Source of the DNA: Polymyxa betae A26-41
Taxonomy: Eukaryota > Protista > Endomyxa: Phytomyxea
Direction of reading: 5' to 3'
Length of the DNA: 64,000 nucleotides
Assembly: GCA_003693705.1 (NCBI GenBank)
Contig: RBZT01000781.1
Location: forward strand, 93,510-157,509
This document shows, one piece after another, positions 1-16,579 of this stretch. Positions within the stretch are counted from its first letter, which is position 1. The number at the start of each line of letters is the position of its first letter. The position numbers and the translations under genes are program-made. Under the pieces are notes generated by a model. It did no database searches, had not been told where the DNA came from, and worked only from the letters and a program-made list of their open reading frames with translations.

Positions 1-807
1 GTTCGGATCGCCACGAACAAGGGCCAGCTGAACCTGCAGCTCGATGCTGAACTGGCGCCGTTTGCATCCCACAATTTCGTGCTGCTGTGCCAGCAGGGAT
101 ATTACAACAACGTCGTGTTCCATCGTTTGATCAAGAATTTCATGGTGCAAGGTGGCGATCCCACTGGGACTGGTGTTGGTGGTCAATCAGCCTGGAAACA
201 CGAATTCAGAGACGAAGTCAAAAATGGGCTTCGTCATGATGCTCGCGGGTATGCACTAACAAGGCGTCGTTCTGGAGGTTCCTATATCTTTGGTGTAGGG
301 TGCTGTCTATGGCCAATGCTGGCCCAGATACGAACAAATCGCAGTTCTTTATTACGCTCAGGGCGACGCCGCATTTAGATGGGAAACATACAGTGTTTGG
401 CCGTCTCGTGGGCGGTCATGAAACTTTAGACAAAATTGGTAATATTGCTGCAAGAATTTGTTAGAGAGAAGACCTTCTTACGGTGAATAGAGGAGATTGC
501 TGTGGATCGAGATGACCGGCCGGTCTCAGAGATTAAGATTATAAATACGGAAGTGTTTATGGATCCATTCAAAGAAATCATGGAAGGTGTTGAACCCGAC
601 TCGGCTGATAAACCGAAGCCGAAATCGAAAGATGATCAGGAATCCTATCTAGCCTACAGCGATCGTATGGTTGCTAAGGATCTTCCCACTGCAAGGTCCC
701 GAGTTGGCAAATATATTAAGCAGACAGGAGACGAGGGCTTTGCCGTTCCCGACCGAATCGTATCCAGCCGGAAACCTACAGGTTATGGCAACTTCGACAG
801 TTTCTAA
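1..807 (+). CDS. PPIL2: Cyclophilin-type peptidyl-prolyl isomerase, PPIL2/Cyp60-like; C-terminal part, 5' end outside the window
   Basis: Motifs [19 protein letters not shown] and, after intron 249-298, [20 protein letters not shown]...[10 protein letters not shown]. The C-terminal GYGNFDSF tail resembles PPIL2. Two GT-AG introns. Confidence 0.8.
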
Positions 808-1273
808 AATGCTCGTCACCGCTGTCATGCTCTGGCGGTCCCCAGCCTCTCCTTGCATGCACCATTGTATGTATTTATAAACATTCGACAACAGCAAACG
901 ATAACGATGATAGCGTACCTAGCTCATGGTGTACTAAAAATTATATGGTGGAATCGAGAGGGCGCGAGGGTTTCGAATATCGCATCTAAATGGCGTCGAA
1001 ACAACCTGGATGAGTTCGCCCTGCCGTATTCTCCCATACAGATACGGAGAGGCTTACGGTAGTCGCCTAGTCGGTAGTACGTATCATCCCGCAGTATATT
1101 GTAACAGCGAACTTAAACCCTAACCTGTGTAACGTAAATGAAAAGAGAGGGACTGGGAGACGTGGCCCCCTGGTTTCTTCGAGAGTGACTGTAGTCACAT
1201 GATCAATTTGGCTACACTTTGATGGTGATTGCCAGGCAATAGGGCTCGCTGTCACAGGTCGGTCTCATCGTCA

Positions 1274-2586
1274 ATGGTGTCGGCGTCGCTGGCGACTGAT
1301 CCCCGTCACCGCTTGCCGGCTATCTTCTCTTGGCGTGGATGTCGTCGCCGCAAACGCCGATTGCACAGAGATGACCCAAAGCCGAGCGAGGTCGAACCGT
1401 CGACCGATCCCAAAAACCCGTTTTGCAAGCCCATTCTGAAGATGCATGACGATGACGAAGATGAGTCGTATATCGAAGGGTTAGCGCATCGGTTCCTGTT
1501 CCCGCCGCATGCTGCCAAGAATCCATTCATCTACAGGTCAAAGATGAGCTGCTCTCAGCTTCATGATGGCTGACTCTTCGACAGGGGATTCAAGGCGCCT
1601 TCAGATTGGACCGTGGCCTTGAACACATTATTCTATTGCGACAACGAGACCGCCAATGTGTATTCGTCGCTGTGGGGAGTGTTCCTGTTGGGTTTCCTCG
1701 CCATCAACGTTCTCGTAGCCGATCGTCCCGATTTCGACCCCACTGGACTGGTAGTACTCGCCCTCAATGACTGCGTTTCGCCATCGTGACGATTGCTGCA
1801 TCAGTTCATCGCTATGATGCTATTCGTTGGGAACATCGTCTTAACATCGGCCTACCATCTATTCAATCAAGTAATGCGAAACTTTTTTCGAATGACGCTT
1901 TCATTTAGCTGGTTATTTTCGATTCTTTTCCTGAACAATGACTCAAATTGAATACTCCAGGTGCCGCATCTTTATACGATTTGGACGACTTTGGATTTCG
2001 CGGGAATCAACTTGGTTAGCATTTGCCATTGCCTTGATCACATTGTGAATTTTTTATAGGCGATCTGCTCCTTATCTTTTGCTATGTCTTGGTATGGATA
2101 CAGTCTATGGCCAAGCGAGACATGGTATTACGAGTTCCTTGCCGTTTGTGGTCTAGCCATAATAGCAACGGCTGTATCTTCGACGTACCGGATTGCAACC
2201 GATCACGATACCTTCATTCTGCAGCCTGTGAATATAGCCGCTTTGGTTTTGGTTCTGAGAACGTTCTTCTTGACGATGCCAGCTACCTCAAGGAGTACTT
2301 GCTTCGTTAGCTTTATGTTGATCGGTGCACTTATACATGTAATGGCTCTGGAACTGCAATCGCTCAGTTTTAAATGGGATACTAGGTGACTAAGATCCCC
2401 GAGCGATGGTTCCCAGGGCAGTTCTGTTTCATTGGTCATTCACATATGATCTGGCACTGCAGCTATACGATTGCTTTCTATTGTTTTTATTCTTGCATCG
2501 CCCGTGAAAAATTGGGCCCTGGCAGTCTCTGGGATGAATCGATATTCGAATTTATTGATCACTCGATGCCATCGTTTCAGAACTGA
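1274..2586 (+). CDS. PAQR / haemolysin-III (adiponectin-receptor-like) 7TM protein
   Basis: Spliced product contains NPFIYRGF, CDNETANVYS, AYHLFN, LDFAGI and IPERWFPGQFCFIGHSHMIWH, with multiple hydrophobic helices. Five GT-AG introns. Confidence 0.85.
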
Positions 2587-2711
2587 GCTATCCTCAAAGT
2601 TAATCAATTGTCTTATTTACATGGTTGGCTTGATAGTATATAAATTTCTAACCCCTCGATTAAATTGTAATTCATTTATTCGGATTGAAATACTGAAGGA
2701 TCTCTGTACTG

Positions 2712-3166
2712 TTAATTATTGATGATACCTTCAGCAAACTCATCGATTTGCTTCAACATGGTCAAATCCTGCACAAAAATGTGAGCGGAGCACCGGTATG
2801 AAAGAAGATGCTCTACATTAGTAGATAGGCCATTACAATCATGAGTCGTCAACGTGATATCAACAGTGTTATAGCAGTTGAACCATTCAGGATGATGGTT
2901 CATTTTCTCGGCCAGCAATGCGATTCTGTTTCACATCATATTTGTGACAACAGAAATCCTGCAACTCGAACAGACCTGGACATGAACCCGAACGCCGTAT
3001 TGAAATCGACGAATCGGAACTGCTTCCGAATCGCATCGCGCCCTTCTACTTGGGCCCACGATTCCGGCAGCTGACGACGCTGGTCGCTCGTTAGTGGCTT
3101 TGGCGATGAGGATATCAGTCGCCGGCCCAGTCCGGACGGCGTTCCCATCCAGCGACGCAACACCAT
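2712..3166 (-). CDS. PCBD: Pterin-4-alpha-carbinolamine dehydratase with probable mitochondrial presequence
   Basis: [22 protein letters not shown] / [34 protein letters not shown]. Arg/Ser-rich N-terminus. Two introns. Confidence 0.92.
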
Positions 3167-3320
3167 CTCCGTCGAATGTTTGAGTGTTTGACAAAGTTCG
3201 GCTGCGTCGTCCTCATATACCTAACTTCATTCTTCTATCAATCGTGTTTCCAGGGACAATTCGATTTTTTTTTGAAGTTTATGGCTTTGCGGGCTGCGCA
3301 ATTCCATTCTGAAATCTATC

Positions 3321-4241
3321 ATGACGTCGTTGCCGCCTCTCTGGAAGCGGACAGATAAGCATGTCCAGAAAGATATTGCCTTCCAGGTTTACGAATCTGC
3401 TAATGGGCTCCTTGAAGATGATGGTCCGCCGCTTACAGCAGAACAATACCTTCTTCAGGTTCGTCGAGAGTCGAAGCGATTGCCGAATGTCGTCCAGTGC
3501 AAGACGCGTCCACAATCGCCAGCCAGAACATCGAATCTGTCTTCGCTGTCGTTATTTTTTGTCCCGATGACGGATCAAGCTCTGCTTCCTAATCCAGCCT
3601 GGGCGAACGAGTTTATCAAACAGTTTATTCGCTTGCGGTCGACTTTGAGTGAATTATCAGAACGGATTCCACTTCCGGTGCCCACTGAACAAAGGACGCC
3701 GCTACCACATCCGAACAATGTCAAAGCCTGGTGTCAACGGATGATGGACGAAAATCAACTTCCTATCCTTGCTGAGATTGTTAGAATAGGTCAGTGTTTG
3801 TTTGGAATCACTCACTCCCTTAGAACTTGAAAACCTGATTCTACTGCTGGCTGTTTCTAATTCTAATTTTCATGGTTAATGCTTAATCTAATGTTTAATA
3901 GATCAGGTGAACACTCGGGCAGCATTGAAGCATCTTGTCGAGCTTGTTCGAGCTGATAACGAAAAAGATCTGCTGACATCGGTCATGGTGTGGCTTTGGG
4001 CATTGCTTATGCGCTTAGACGCGTTGCTTCTGCCAGATACTGCTGCCGTACTGAGGAATCTGTTCAGAGCACTGGCTACTCGTCGTTCCATGATGGTTAC
4101 AATATATCTCTCATTGTTGAGTACTTCTGATTTGTTAAGTGACAGGATGCTGATGATGACATGTTGGGCGCAGTCAATATTGCACTAACCATAATCCATC
4201 GCGTGTTTGGTCAGTCGATCCCAATGAATGATAACAGATAA
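3321..4241 (+). CDS. GEMIN2: Gemin2 / SIP1 (SMN complex)
   Basis: TAEQYLLQVRRESKRLPNVV, WLWALLMRLDALLLPDTAAVLRNLFR and NIALTIIHRVFGQ match Gemin2 hallmark segments. Two introns. Confidence 0.8.
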
Positions 4242-4968
4242 TCTGACATTATTATGATGTTTATCGAATCTTTCTGAGAGAATTCAACTTGAAAATGGTT
4301 CTCCAGATAGTACAGGGACAGCTATTTATTGTCCAGTCGAATCCGGTTCTAATAAAAGCACCATTGATTTCAGTAGCACGAGACCTATGCACAAATCCCT
4401 AGGACACTGCGAGGTCGCGAGGACCATAAAGCCGCTTGTAGAGTTACAGTACGCTTTAAATCTGCTTCGGCGTGATTCCACCGCAGTGAAGGGACGGCTA
4501 CAGTGTAGAAAATGGGAGAAAAAATTCGAGATGAGCCTTTCGGTTTTGACCAAGTGACACAAATCCCAAAATACATCTACCTCCGAGAGCCTAGAACTTT
4601 CATTATAAATTTTTTACAAAGATTCGATCCATTGAAGCATCCATGATATAGAACGACAGTGAAATATAGAAAGTACAGGCACTGACTGAGATATGACTTC
4701 AGAACAGCCGCTTGCAAATTTCCATTAATCGCGAAAAAACACCAAACTACCCCATTCTGACCATTGGGATCCCAGATTGTTACATGTCATTTGGATTCGG
4801 TCACGAAACACACTTTCAATCAATGGAATGCCTCGATCGCTTCCAAAGCTGACGTTACAGCAGCCATTGTCATTCCAAAACCGAGACTGGCGTTCCGGAG
4901 AATTTAAAAAACGCTTTAAAAATCGGCCGTGGCATCGGTCTATATTAGATAGATAGATACTCGTTTAA

Positions 4969-7900
4969 TCAATGAATTTTAGACGCAGTGCTGGGTGAGA
5001 ATTTGCTTTGCAGATATTTGGCGATGCTGACAGGCAGTGTCGAGCAGCAAGTGATTAAAAACACCTTCCAAATGAACTCCCAGCTTCCAACGAACATGAC
5101 GTCGATTTGGGATTTTAACATTGTAAGAGAGAGTAGGTACAGAAGCAGTGATATTACTTCGCACATGACCATCGTTAAGGTCCAATGATGAATCTCGAAT
5201 GCGACATTAAGCAGTTCTGAGAGGATTAGAGACGTGAACGTGATAGCAACGACATTAATGAATTTGTCTTCGAATAAAACCATGCCCAACAGCATAATTA
5301 TCGATCCTTGATAGACCGACTTTAAAACCCATATTAAAAATGTTTTATGGGACAACGGGCGACTTTTTTGTAGCTCCTGATAAAGCTCGGGATACAGATT
5401 AACTACGCCTTCATCAACATCTTGGTCAAGAACTAGAGCGCATACAGGAAGTTGGGTAAAAGCGGTAGCGTAACCGACATACAGCCAACCTTTCAGAGCA
5501 TGTTAAAAAAAGAATTTGAGCGAGCATTGGACTACCAGTGTATATAGGAATAGTGACCCAGTAAAATAATGAGGAAAACACAGCCTGAATCACAGAGATA
5601 ATAATACCGCGATGCATTACAAACTGACTCATTCGAGCACTCCTGTAATATGAGTTTCGTCCATGCCTGAGACTGGAATAAATCTCAGTAGCCAGACAGA
5701 TCCAATAACAAACCATAAAATCAGCCTCTGGATAAAAGAAAACTGCATAATCGAGAAATCTGCTGCCAATGAAGCTTGTTTCCCTTCTTTGCCAACAATA
5801 CCGATGCCGACATGTGCAGCCTAAATAGCCATGTGAGGACAGTAGCAACGATTCCACGAAGTCATACTTGAATCATGGAAACATCATTGCCACCATCACC
5901 GATGGCAGCACACCTTTTTTTGGTATATTCTGCTACGAGATTGACAACCTGAGCCTTTTGTGTAGGCGAACAACGACAACAGATAACAGCCGGTGCTTGA
6001 CAGGCCATCTCAATAAACTGTTTTGGAGTCCATTCTAACAGCAGAGCGAGAGTAGTGCCGTCTATAAGCACTGCAGTTGAGCTGGTTCTGGTTCCAAATA
6101 AATCCAACCGATGGCAAGCTTCGCGTCGACTAGATGCAATAATATGGAAAACCTGAATGCAACGTCAGCTACCGGTAACAAAACAGGCTGCCAAGATCGA
6201 CCTGTTGGTTCCTATCTACAAGTCGAGCAGAGCGTCCGATACATTCTGCAGTTTCAGCTTTGTCTCCGGTTAGCATCCATACCCTTATACCAGCATTCCG
6301 CAATGTCTCAAGTGTGGTTTTTACCCCTGGGAAAATTCAGATAAATCGAAGTCAACGCATAAAGAAAATACCTGGCTGAAGTTTGTCCTCGACACCAGTA
6401 ACTCCATATAAGGAAAGGTTAATTTCAAGAATCTGAACAACGGCGCGAACAGCCGCATCTCGTCCACGAAGCTGAGCCCTCGCAATGTTGTATTTCTGGG
6501 CCCAGGCCTCATATTCATCGTGTGATAGCGCCCTTCCTCCAAACACTAGCGTCCTTAAACCTTCCCTGGCCAGCTGTTCAACTTCTTCGTCCAACCAATC
6601 AGATTGTTCAACACGCGTTCTCATGACAGACTGTAGAACAAAGGTCAGAAATCATGTCAGAAAAAAAACGACCGTAAACCAGACCTCGGCGCCTTTCAAG
6701 TAGAAATAGATCTCCCCAGATAGCACCGATTTGACCACAATGCCCATCCGTTTGGTTTCGGATGTGAAAGGAAAAATGTTCAAAACTTCATACTCAAGCA
6801 GCTCGCTATTCGGTAAACGCAACGTGATTTGTTTTGGCGTTCTGGATTCCAACATAATTCCAAGCGATTCGACGAATTTCACAAGAGCGACCTTGAATGA
6901 GGATTAACGAACACCGTACAGAACTGCAAGTTTTACCTCATCTGGTGACGAAGCTTGCAACGTTCTGTTGGACGAATCCGGGTCTACAACTGGTGTGACA
7001 TTATGACACAGAGCAATGCCCAGAACGCAGGCTTGCAACGCTTTGTCTGCCTCAGCACGACGTCGCTTCTCGTATCTGGTAACTTCATCAAGATCAGAGG
7101 TGCTGTCGTCGCCGCCAAAGGATCGGCGAATAGCCTCCTTCGTAGCAGAGAGCGTCTCCGGGTGGTGTGACCACGGTGGTCGAAGTTGCAGCTTTTTAAA
7201 TATCATGACTATAACAGTTTTGAGAACAATAGACGTCAATAAGCCAACCAGCAATCTCACCGTTCTGCGTTAGAGTTCCCGTTTTATCAGTGAAAAGATA
7301 AGATATCCGCCCCAACTCTTCAGGGATTGTAGAAGTTCGAACGACAGTATCTTCGATGTTTTTATCTACAAAACAATTAGGCACGAGATTTTCATTGAGC
7401 CGGCGACAAATGGACCTGTCATGATCTGGTAAGAATATAAAGTCTTTGCCATATCCAGGTTGACTCGAAGAGAAATGGGGATAATGGCAGAAAATAGGAG
7501 CACAAAGCGAAATAACACAATTGGCCACTGCCCATGCAGACCTGATTTTTGTCAAACAAGATCCGACGACATCAATAAAATAATCCGGAAACCTTTCATA
7601 GTAACCATTACGAACGCCAAAATTATGGTCATGACGAAAAGCAACTTCGAAATCGAGTTGAGTTCGAGATCGACAAGGCCAATTTTCGTTGAAGGCGAGT
7701 TGGCATTCATGACAGCCCGAGTCTCGCTGCCTGTGTAAATAACGCAGCCAACAACAGAGCCTGTTGCGATGACCGTATTCGACCAAACAGTGTTTTCGAG
7801 ATCCAAACTCTCAACTGGTGCCTCGGTTTCGCCGTGTTGGCCTTCGTTGGGCGAAAATGCACCAGCGAAGTCGTAGATAGCTTTACGAGGCGCCTCAACT

Positions 7901-8901
7901 TCCAGTCGACCTTTCAGCTGCCAAACATTATCAAAAGATAAGTGCTAAATCGGAAAGATAAGCTGTAAGGAAAGTGACAGCTCGTAAATTAAACCTTGGT
8001 TGAATGGAGAGCATGGCGAAGCTTCCAATCAGTTTCACCATCAAGCTGGTCGGTTCTGATAAAGATTTCGCCGGATTCTTCTCGAGTTTTGAGCAATACC
8101 ATATCGGCCGGTACTCGCTCGTCTTTATGAACAATCACTACATCTCCAACTCGTAAGCTTGAAGAGGGAACCTAATTTTGATTAAAACTATCGTTTGAAA
8201 ATCTTCGGCACAACAAACCTGCTTGACAACACCATTTTCGATAACTTGATACATGGCAGAATTTGCTTCTTTATCCCGCCGATACCTTTTGAAATCATCA
8301 AAGGCCTTAACACTTTATCAAATTCGGACTAATGAAAGCAACAGGCAAAACCTCTTTGGAAGTAGTCACCGATAAGACAAATACCAGAGGAGCAACATAG
8401 GTGAATAGCACACCAACTTGCAGCTCGGGTATAAACTGGCTACAGGCGACAACCAAAAAGTAAAGGTTGAAGAAATATCGAAACTGGTCATAAAGCACCA
8501 GAGGCAGAAATGTCAGCAAGGAGTATTTCTGATTACGAATGCGATTAGGCGGGAAAGACAAAGCTGGTTCGGTATAAGAGCATCCATTTCCGAAGAATAA
8601 CAAAGCTCTGGCTGTAGCGGTATCTTTTCGTAAACACAAACCCGGGCGTTTCTATACAGAAATAAGCCGGTTGCAATCAAATATGAAATCAACCAGCAGT
8701 TTTTTGAAAAGCAGGCTTTAAAATTCTAACCTGCCAGATGCGTTCAAGGCAGAGACGCACCTTGTTAAACTGTTCCTTCAATAAAGGAACGCGGTCATGA
8801 TGAGCCATATCCGACCCACTGCTGTTATCCTCGATTTCGAAAGCCTCGGCCGTGATCGGCACCATGTCGCTTCGTCGGGGCCGATCACGATCACGAGCCA
8901 T
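4969..8901 (-). CDS. NEO1: P4-type ATPase (phospholipid flippase), ATP9/NEO1 class
   Basis: [51 protein letters not shown] and [12 protein letters not shown]. About 13 GT-AG introns traced by hand. Confidence 0.93.
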
Positions 8902-9492
8902 CCTTACAGGCTAGAGGCGCTGTTTTTCTGGAAATGACGTTCTTGACGAATGTATAACAGAAGGATCTGGATGCAGTCACTGATGATGAGCGTCCGGTGA
9001 CTAGAAATGGGCTGCGACCTCGTTAACGTTACAATATGCAAGCCATGAAACAGATCAGTACTGATTTTCTGAGACTTCTTTCGTTGAGGCCGCTAAGTTA
9101 CCTCAGCCTGACCAAGAGCGAGCTTGTTGTTACGACTGGGATCACGGAACCCGGAAATAGATAATGTAAATGTTGAAGATCGATCAGGTTCAAGTAATTA
9201 ATATAGGAGCAATTTTCCGAGAAAAAAACAGGAAAGTTGGTGGAATTTAGATTGATTGGGCCTGCAGAAAGTACAGATGGCAGTTCCATTTACCTAAGAG
9301 AAGCGGTTCTGATGTAAAGCAGCCAAGAATCAATGTGTCATTCTCAACAACGAGATTACAAGACAATTAGGTGCATATGAACTGTTTATGTAGTTAAACT
9401 GGGAACTAATACATAATAGAGCTCGATGGGGAAAAAATAAACAAATGCAGGGAGGAGGCTCGTAAGATGCAGAAAAACATTCTGCAAACAGA

Positions 9493-11857
<2,365 letters not shown>

Positions 11858-12392
11858 TTCGATTAAAATCTATAGCAATATGGTCAGCGATAACGAATGG
11901 ACATAGGGCGCCAAGCGCCGAGGCCCGATTAGTGGTAATGATCGACCGAGACTCGCGCGTTAACGGCGTCCACCGCTTGGACTTTCAGTCACAAACCGAC
12001 CTCGTGATTTGCTGATTAATGTTTGGAAAACGATAAATCACAGCGGACGACGGGTAAAGGGATTAACAAGAGGGAAGGACCCGAGCTGATACAGACTCCG
12101 ACTTCGTCTACGAAGATCAAGTAGTGTTGCGAGAAAGCGAGGATTTACGCACTCCGCCGCGCAGCCCGTCGCTTGTTACAGCAAGTATAAGATCCGGATT
12201 TGGCAGAGAGGAAAATCCCGGTTGGGGGTATGATCAGCCTCCCTGGCCATTGCCATTGCCATCCGAATGAAACTTTCCAATAGCCTTAATAACAATGACT
12301 AATCCAATGTCATTAAACCCAGATTTTAGCTGGTTTCTCTGGATTCGTCAGTTTCAGAAATATCGCGTGCCAGTTTGATTTAGGCGAAAGAG

Positions 12393-13178
12393 ATGACAGA
12401 CAATGGCGCGCTTACGATTCGATTGGTGAAAGCTCAACGACGATTAGGAGATATTCTTGCCAAATGGCCGAGGCCTCCGATGCCGAACATGTTAGCAGCG
12501 TTGATGCCCGAGCTACAAACTTTACCAGATTATCTCGTTTCCCATATCATATCGTTTATGGATCTGTCAGATGATAAGCGTGGCGCGATTCTAGTTGCTA
12601 TTGCCATAATTGCCATCGATTCACGGAAAGCTGCATTACGGTTGATTGAACCAATTAAAATTTCAACGTCAATACCGTGTATGGTTCAGCTGTTGGAAAA
12701 CTTATTGAAGGAGCTGAACTTGGAGAGCGTTGCTGATCTTCGCAATCTTATCGCTAATCGCAACCAAAGATGTCACAGACTAACTTGCGGTGTTGAGTTC
12801 ACACGACGTCAATCGCCATGGTGCAGGTTTCATACAGGCATAGCTGCTAGAGATCACCAGCAACACTCCTTGTCTCTGACAAGACCCGCATGGATCGGGC
12901 GATATCGCAGGCAGCTATCGCTGGCTCCATATGCATGTTGCGGTGGGCAAATAGACAATAGCGAGCAATGTCGAATGGGGTATCATATCGGCGAACTGGA
13001 AGACATGCTTCTGTTCGGCTATGCGGTGATTGCAGGCGTTCAAATAGCCTTCCAACGTCCTTACAACGATGACGCAATGAAACTAGCACTGCAATTCTTA
13101 ACCCTAGATGGTTTACACTTTGACATCGATGAGTTTGAGTGGGGAATACCTGCATCGGAATGGTCTCAAAGGCCATAA
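12393..13178 (+). CDS. Hypothetical single-exon protein with F-box-like motif and CHORD-like Cys/His zinc-binding motif
   Basis: 261-aa ORF. aa41-57 LQTLPDYLVSHIISFMD is F-box-like. C127-x4-C132...C144RFH147...YACC183...C193RMGYH198 is CHORD-like. Confidence 0.55.
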   Translation: MTDNGALTIRLVKAQRRLGDILAKWPRPPMPNMLAALMPELQTLPDYLVSHIISFMDLSDDKRGAILVAIAIIAIDSRKAALRLIEPIKISTSIPCMVQLLENLLKELNLESVADLRNLIANRNQRCHRLTCGVEFTRRQSPWCRFHTGIAARDHQQHSLSLTRPAWIGRYRRQLSLAPYACCGGQIDNSEQCRMGYHIGELEDMLLFGYAVIAGVQIAFQRPYNDDAMKLALQFLTLDGLHFDIDEFEWGIPASEWSQRP

Positions 13179-13448
13179 GCGATCATGTCTTCTTAAGCGA
13201 AGAAACCTAAGCAAGATTGATATTATGGGCCTCATCTCGATTTGAACAGACGGTTTTCAGCTCTTCTGCAACTAAACGGCTGATTATCGATCCAGAAGAA
13301 CGCTTCATTATTTGCAAAGAGTAAAGAGTGGGGATTTCAAGTGGATTTTTCAACTCATTTCAGAAGCGCATGAAATATTGCGCCGCAGTTAGGTGAATTA
13401 GACGGGCGCACATTTCTGAAACTTTTTTTTAACTGCCATTTGCAGCGT

Positions 13449-16400
13449 ATGCAGCAGCCCGCCGTCAGCCATGACGACGATGCCCCTTTTCTCCATCCAG
13501 CCTTGGCTCTGGCTCTGCGGCTGATAGTAGCTGCCAAAACCAACCCTTCCGTTTCGATTTTGAAAGAAATAACATCACAACTCCAGGCGTCGCCGGTACC
13601 GGCCCCAGCTTCATTACTTTCCGTGGCTTTGCACCCGGCGTTGCCGCTTCTTGCTAAAGATCACCCAGAAGCGTTACAATATATTCAGACGTTAGTGAGG
13701 CTTTGCCCAGACCCAATACCGTTAGCGTTCTGGCCAACTGCTATTGGGGCTCTGTCTGCAGCATCACGGCGCCTGAAAAATGAGTGCTCTCGCCTCGATT
13801 GCATTCTTTTGATGCGAGCGATGTTCACACCAGCAGTCGGAAAACAGTTTTCTGACTCATCATTTTCTAGTCCTTTTGCTCATGTCGTCGGTGCTCTTTT
13901 AGAGACGACACGTTTGGAATCGCTGAAAGCGTTACGAGTTGCTGCTGTGGAGGCTATTGAAGCTCTCATCATTCATGTCGATGCTAAAGCGTTGACTCCA
14001 ATAACCCCTGGTCTTTTGTCAGGCCTAGCGGCAGTTGCAGCGGGCGATTTCAAGTCTGGATCCAACGTTATCTGCAGTGCAATCCATTGCTTCACCTCAG
14101 TTATGCAGATTGTATTCAGTCTCTCACAGGATGATTCTTTTCGGTTTAATGCGTCAATGCTTTCTTCCAGTATTCTGCGAAGACGTTTTTATGAAGGTCC
14201 AGAGCCAACTGCTCGTGTCCGTTCGTCCTTAGTTACTGCAGCCACAGCCTTGCTCAAGCTGCCTCTATGTGAAGAGGCTCGAGCAGCTTGGATTGACTCT
14301 TTGCTTGCTCTTGCTGAGGACAATATTGTTGCTGAAGAAGCTCTTTCTGCTTTACAATCTGTGCCAGCTATTTCAAGTGGCGATCTTATGCGCCGCCTCT
14401 CTAAGATCTCAAAACCAGCACCTCGCTTACAGGACGTTCGATCTGCTATGAGAGCTATTCGGTTATGCCCTAGCTCAGAACTTGAAAATCTATGGCGAAC
14501 AGAGAAGGATAAAGTTTCCAGGATTCTCTCGAGCTTGGTTGCGATTGATACCCGTGCTGTAATAGCTTTGCAGCCGCGAACCATTTCTCGGTATCTTTAG
14601 CGTTTCTCCTTCTGACCTTTCTCTAATACTTTTGGTCAGATTATCTCCATACTATCAAATCAGCCTCTCCAACTTTCCATTGGTGCCTGAGGCTGCATTC
14701 AGTCTTGTAGAGACACTCATCCAATGTTTGTCTTACGATATGCTTGTTGATCTTTTCACAACATGCCTGGCTGAACCTGGTCCAACATGGCTGCTGATTG
14801 TCGATTGCATTATTCGGTCAGCGTCGGATTTACCGGCTGAAGTCTCCGATCGCATCATCAGTGATGATCTTTTTGCATTAGATCCTGATTCGCTAACAAT
14901 ATTGCTACGCTGCATTGGCTCTCTCGCCTTGCGTTTACGCGAAGAGTTTCGACCTCTGTTGCTGCATTCCCTGTTTCCAGTGGTACTCCTAATCGCTCAT
15001 TCTTCTCCAACCGTGTCGCAAGCTGCTTTAGCTACCGTCGATCGCATTGCTTACGCTCTGGATTATGACGGTTTTACTGCGTTGCTGGCTGATAATGTGG
15101 ACTATTTAGTGGATGCGATTTCGTTTCGTTTATCATCTCCGGATGCGCTCAACGCTTCCCGTTTACTCGAGCGACTTTTCTCATTTGAAAATTCATCAAC
15201 GTGCCTGGCTCCATTGTTAATCGACACGATTACGACCGTCATTGATTGTCTGTATGAGCCGAAACTTGACCCTGAATTGGCTCTGTCGTTCTTTCGTGTT
15301 CTGAATTTTGCAGCTCGAGCTCTCTTACCGGTTCCGAAGCGAGATCTTGAACAAGTCTCGACAAATGGTTGCTATTACGAACCTGAACAAGTGGCGATGA
15401 GGCTTTCTCACTCGATTTCTCGGTTTCGGAATCTTCGCAAGAGGAAGGACGAATTCGAAAAGAGTTTCGAATCGAATAATCGAGAAGAATTCGTTCCTCC
15501 GCACTTACAAAAGGAATTTGAAAACAGTAAAGTCGAAGGCATCAATGATGATGTTGATATTGATGACAAACCTGAATTAATTGATGCCAACTCCATGGAG
15601 GCAAGCAAAAGTCAAGAACCATCAACGGAAATGAAAACCATCGTGCTGATTGTGGATCGTTGTAGACATTTCATTGAGACTCCAGATCTACATCATCGCC
15701 ATGCTGTATTAGAGGTGGTCGCCTCTTGCTTACAAGCTCTTTCGTCCAGCTCTGAGCTACTTCTTCCTCAGGTACTTTGCTGCTTGTTCGTTGCTTTGTA
15801 TTCGCCCACTGACTGAATCAAGGTTGCGAAAATCTGGGATCCTCTCAAATTGGCATTTAGCCCTAACAGTAGCAGGTTCGTTATTCAGAAGGCGCTTGAT
15901 GTTGCCGAAGTTGTGGTATCTGTTTGTCCAGACTTTGTTGCCCATCGAGTATCAACAGATTTATGGCCAAGGTGAGCATATGTTTTGGTTTGACAATTCT
16001 TGAATAATCGATGATGCAGCATGAAAAGGGTATTGATTGCAGAGCAACGAACATTAGCTAATGCCTTAAATCCCAATGTGGTGGATCGAGCATCTGTTGC
16101 TGCTCAAGGCCATGCTTTACGTTTGCTGTATTCAGCCCTGCGACACCCTACTTCCTGCAATAATATTATTGGAGAGATCGCCACTGTTATGTCGGCCTAC
16201 CTTTCCGAATCAATGCCATCCGTTTTGCAAGAGGAAGCTCGGAAGCTGTTCAGTCTGATCTGCGACGTCGATCCTGATACGGCTTGGTGGTCTCTGGTAT
16301 CCCTCATTTCGCCTTCTAATGTTCCAATCCCTAATAATTGTATACCTCTGCCCTTGCAATGGCATGCACCAAATCCCCGATTGTTTCAGCGCAATGTCGC

Positions 16401-16470
16401 TCATGTTCTGTCAAGGTTGCAAACATTACCTGAGGTCCGGTTTGAAGACTATTTAAATAGAGAAGAGTAA
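13449..16470 (+). CDS. TTI1: TELO2-interacting protein 1 (TTT complex, HEAT repeats)
   Basis: ITPGLLSGL, LLADNVDYLVDAI, LLPQVAKIWDPL and VDPDTAWWSL are TTI1-like segments. Three introns join ORFs 13440, 14632 and 16021. Confidence 0.8.
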
Positions 16471-16579
16471 ATTTACTGTAATATCATAATTATGTTTTAT
16501 TATCCGGAGATCCATCGTCAGGCTAGCTCACATGATCAGACAAGTCGCTGTCTTGAATTATTCAGCATCGTCGTAATGT

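Noticed and set aside
4250-4960. Possible small gene between GEMIN2 and ATP9
   Set aside because: No consistent multi-exon reading frame found on either strand.
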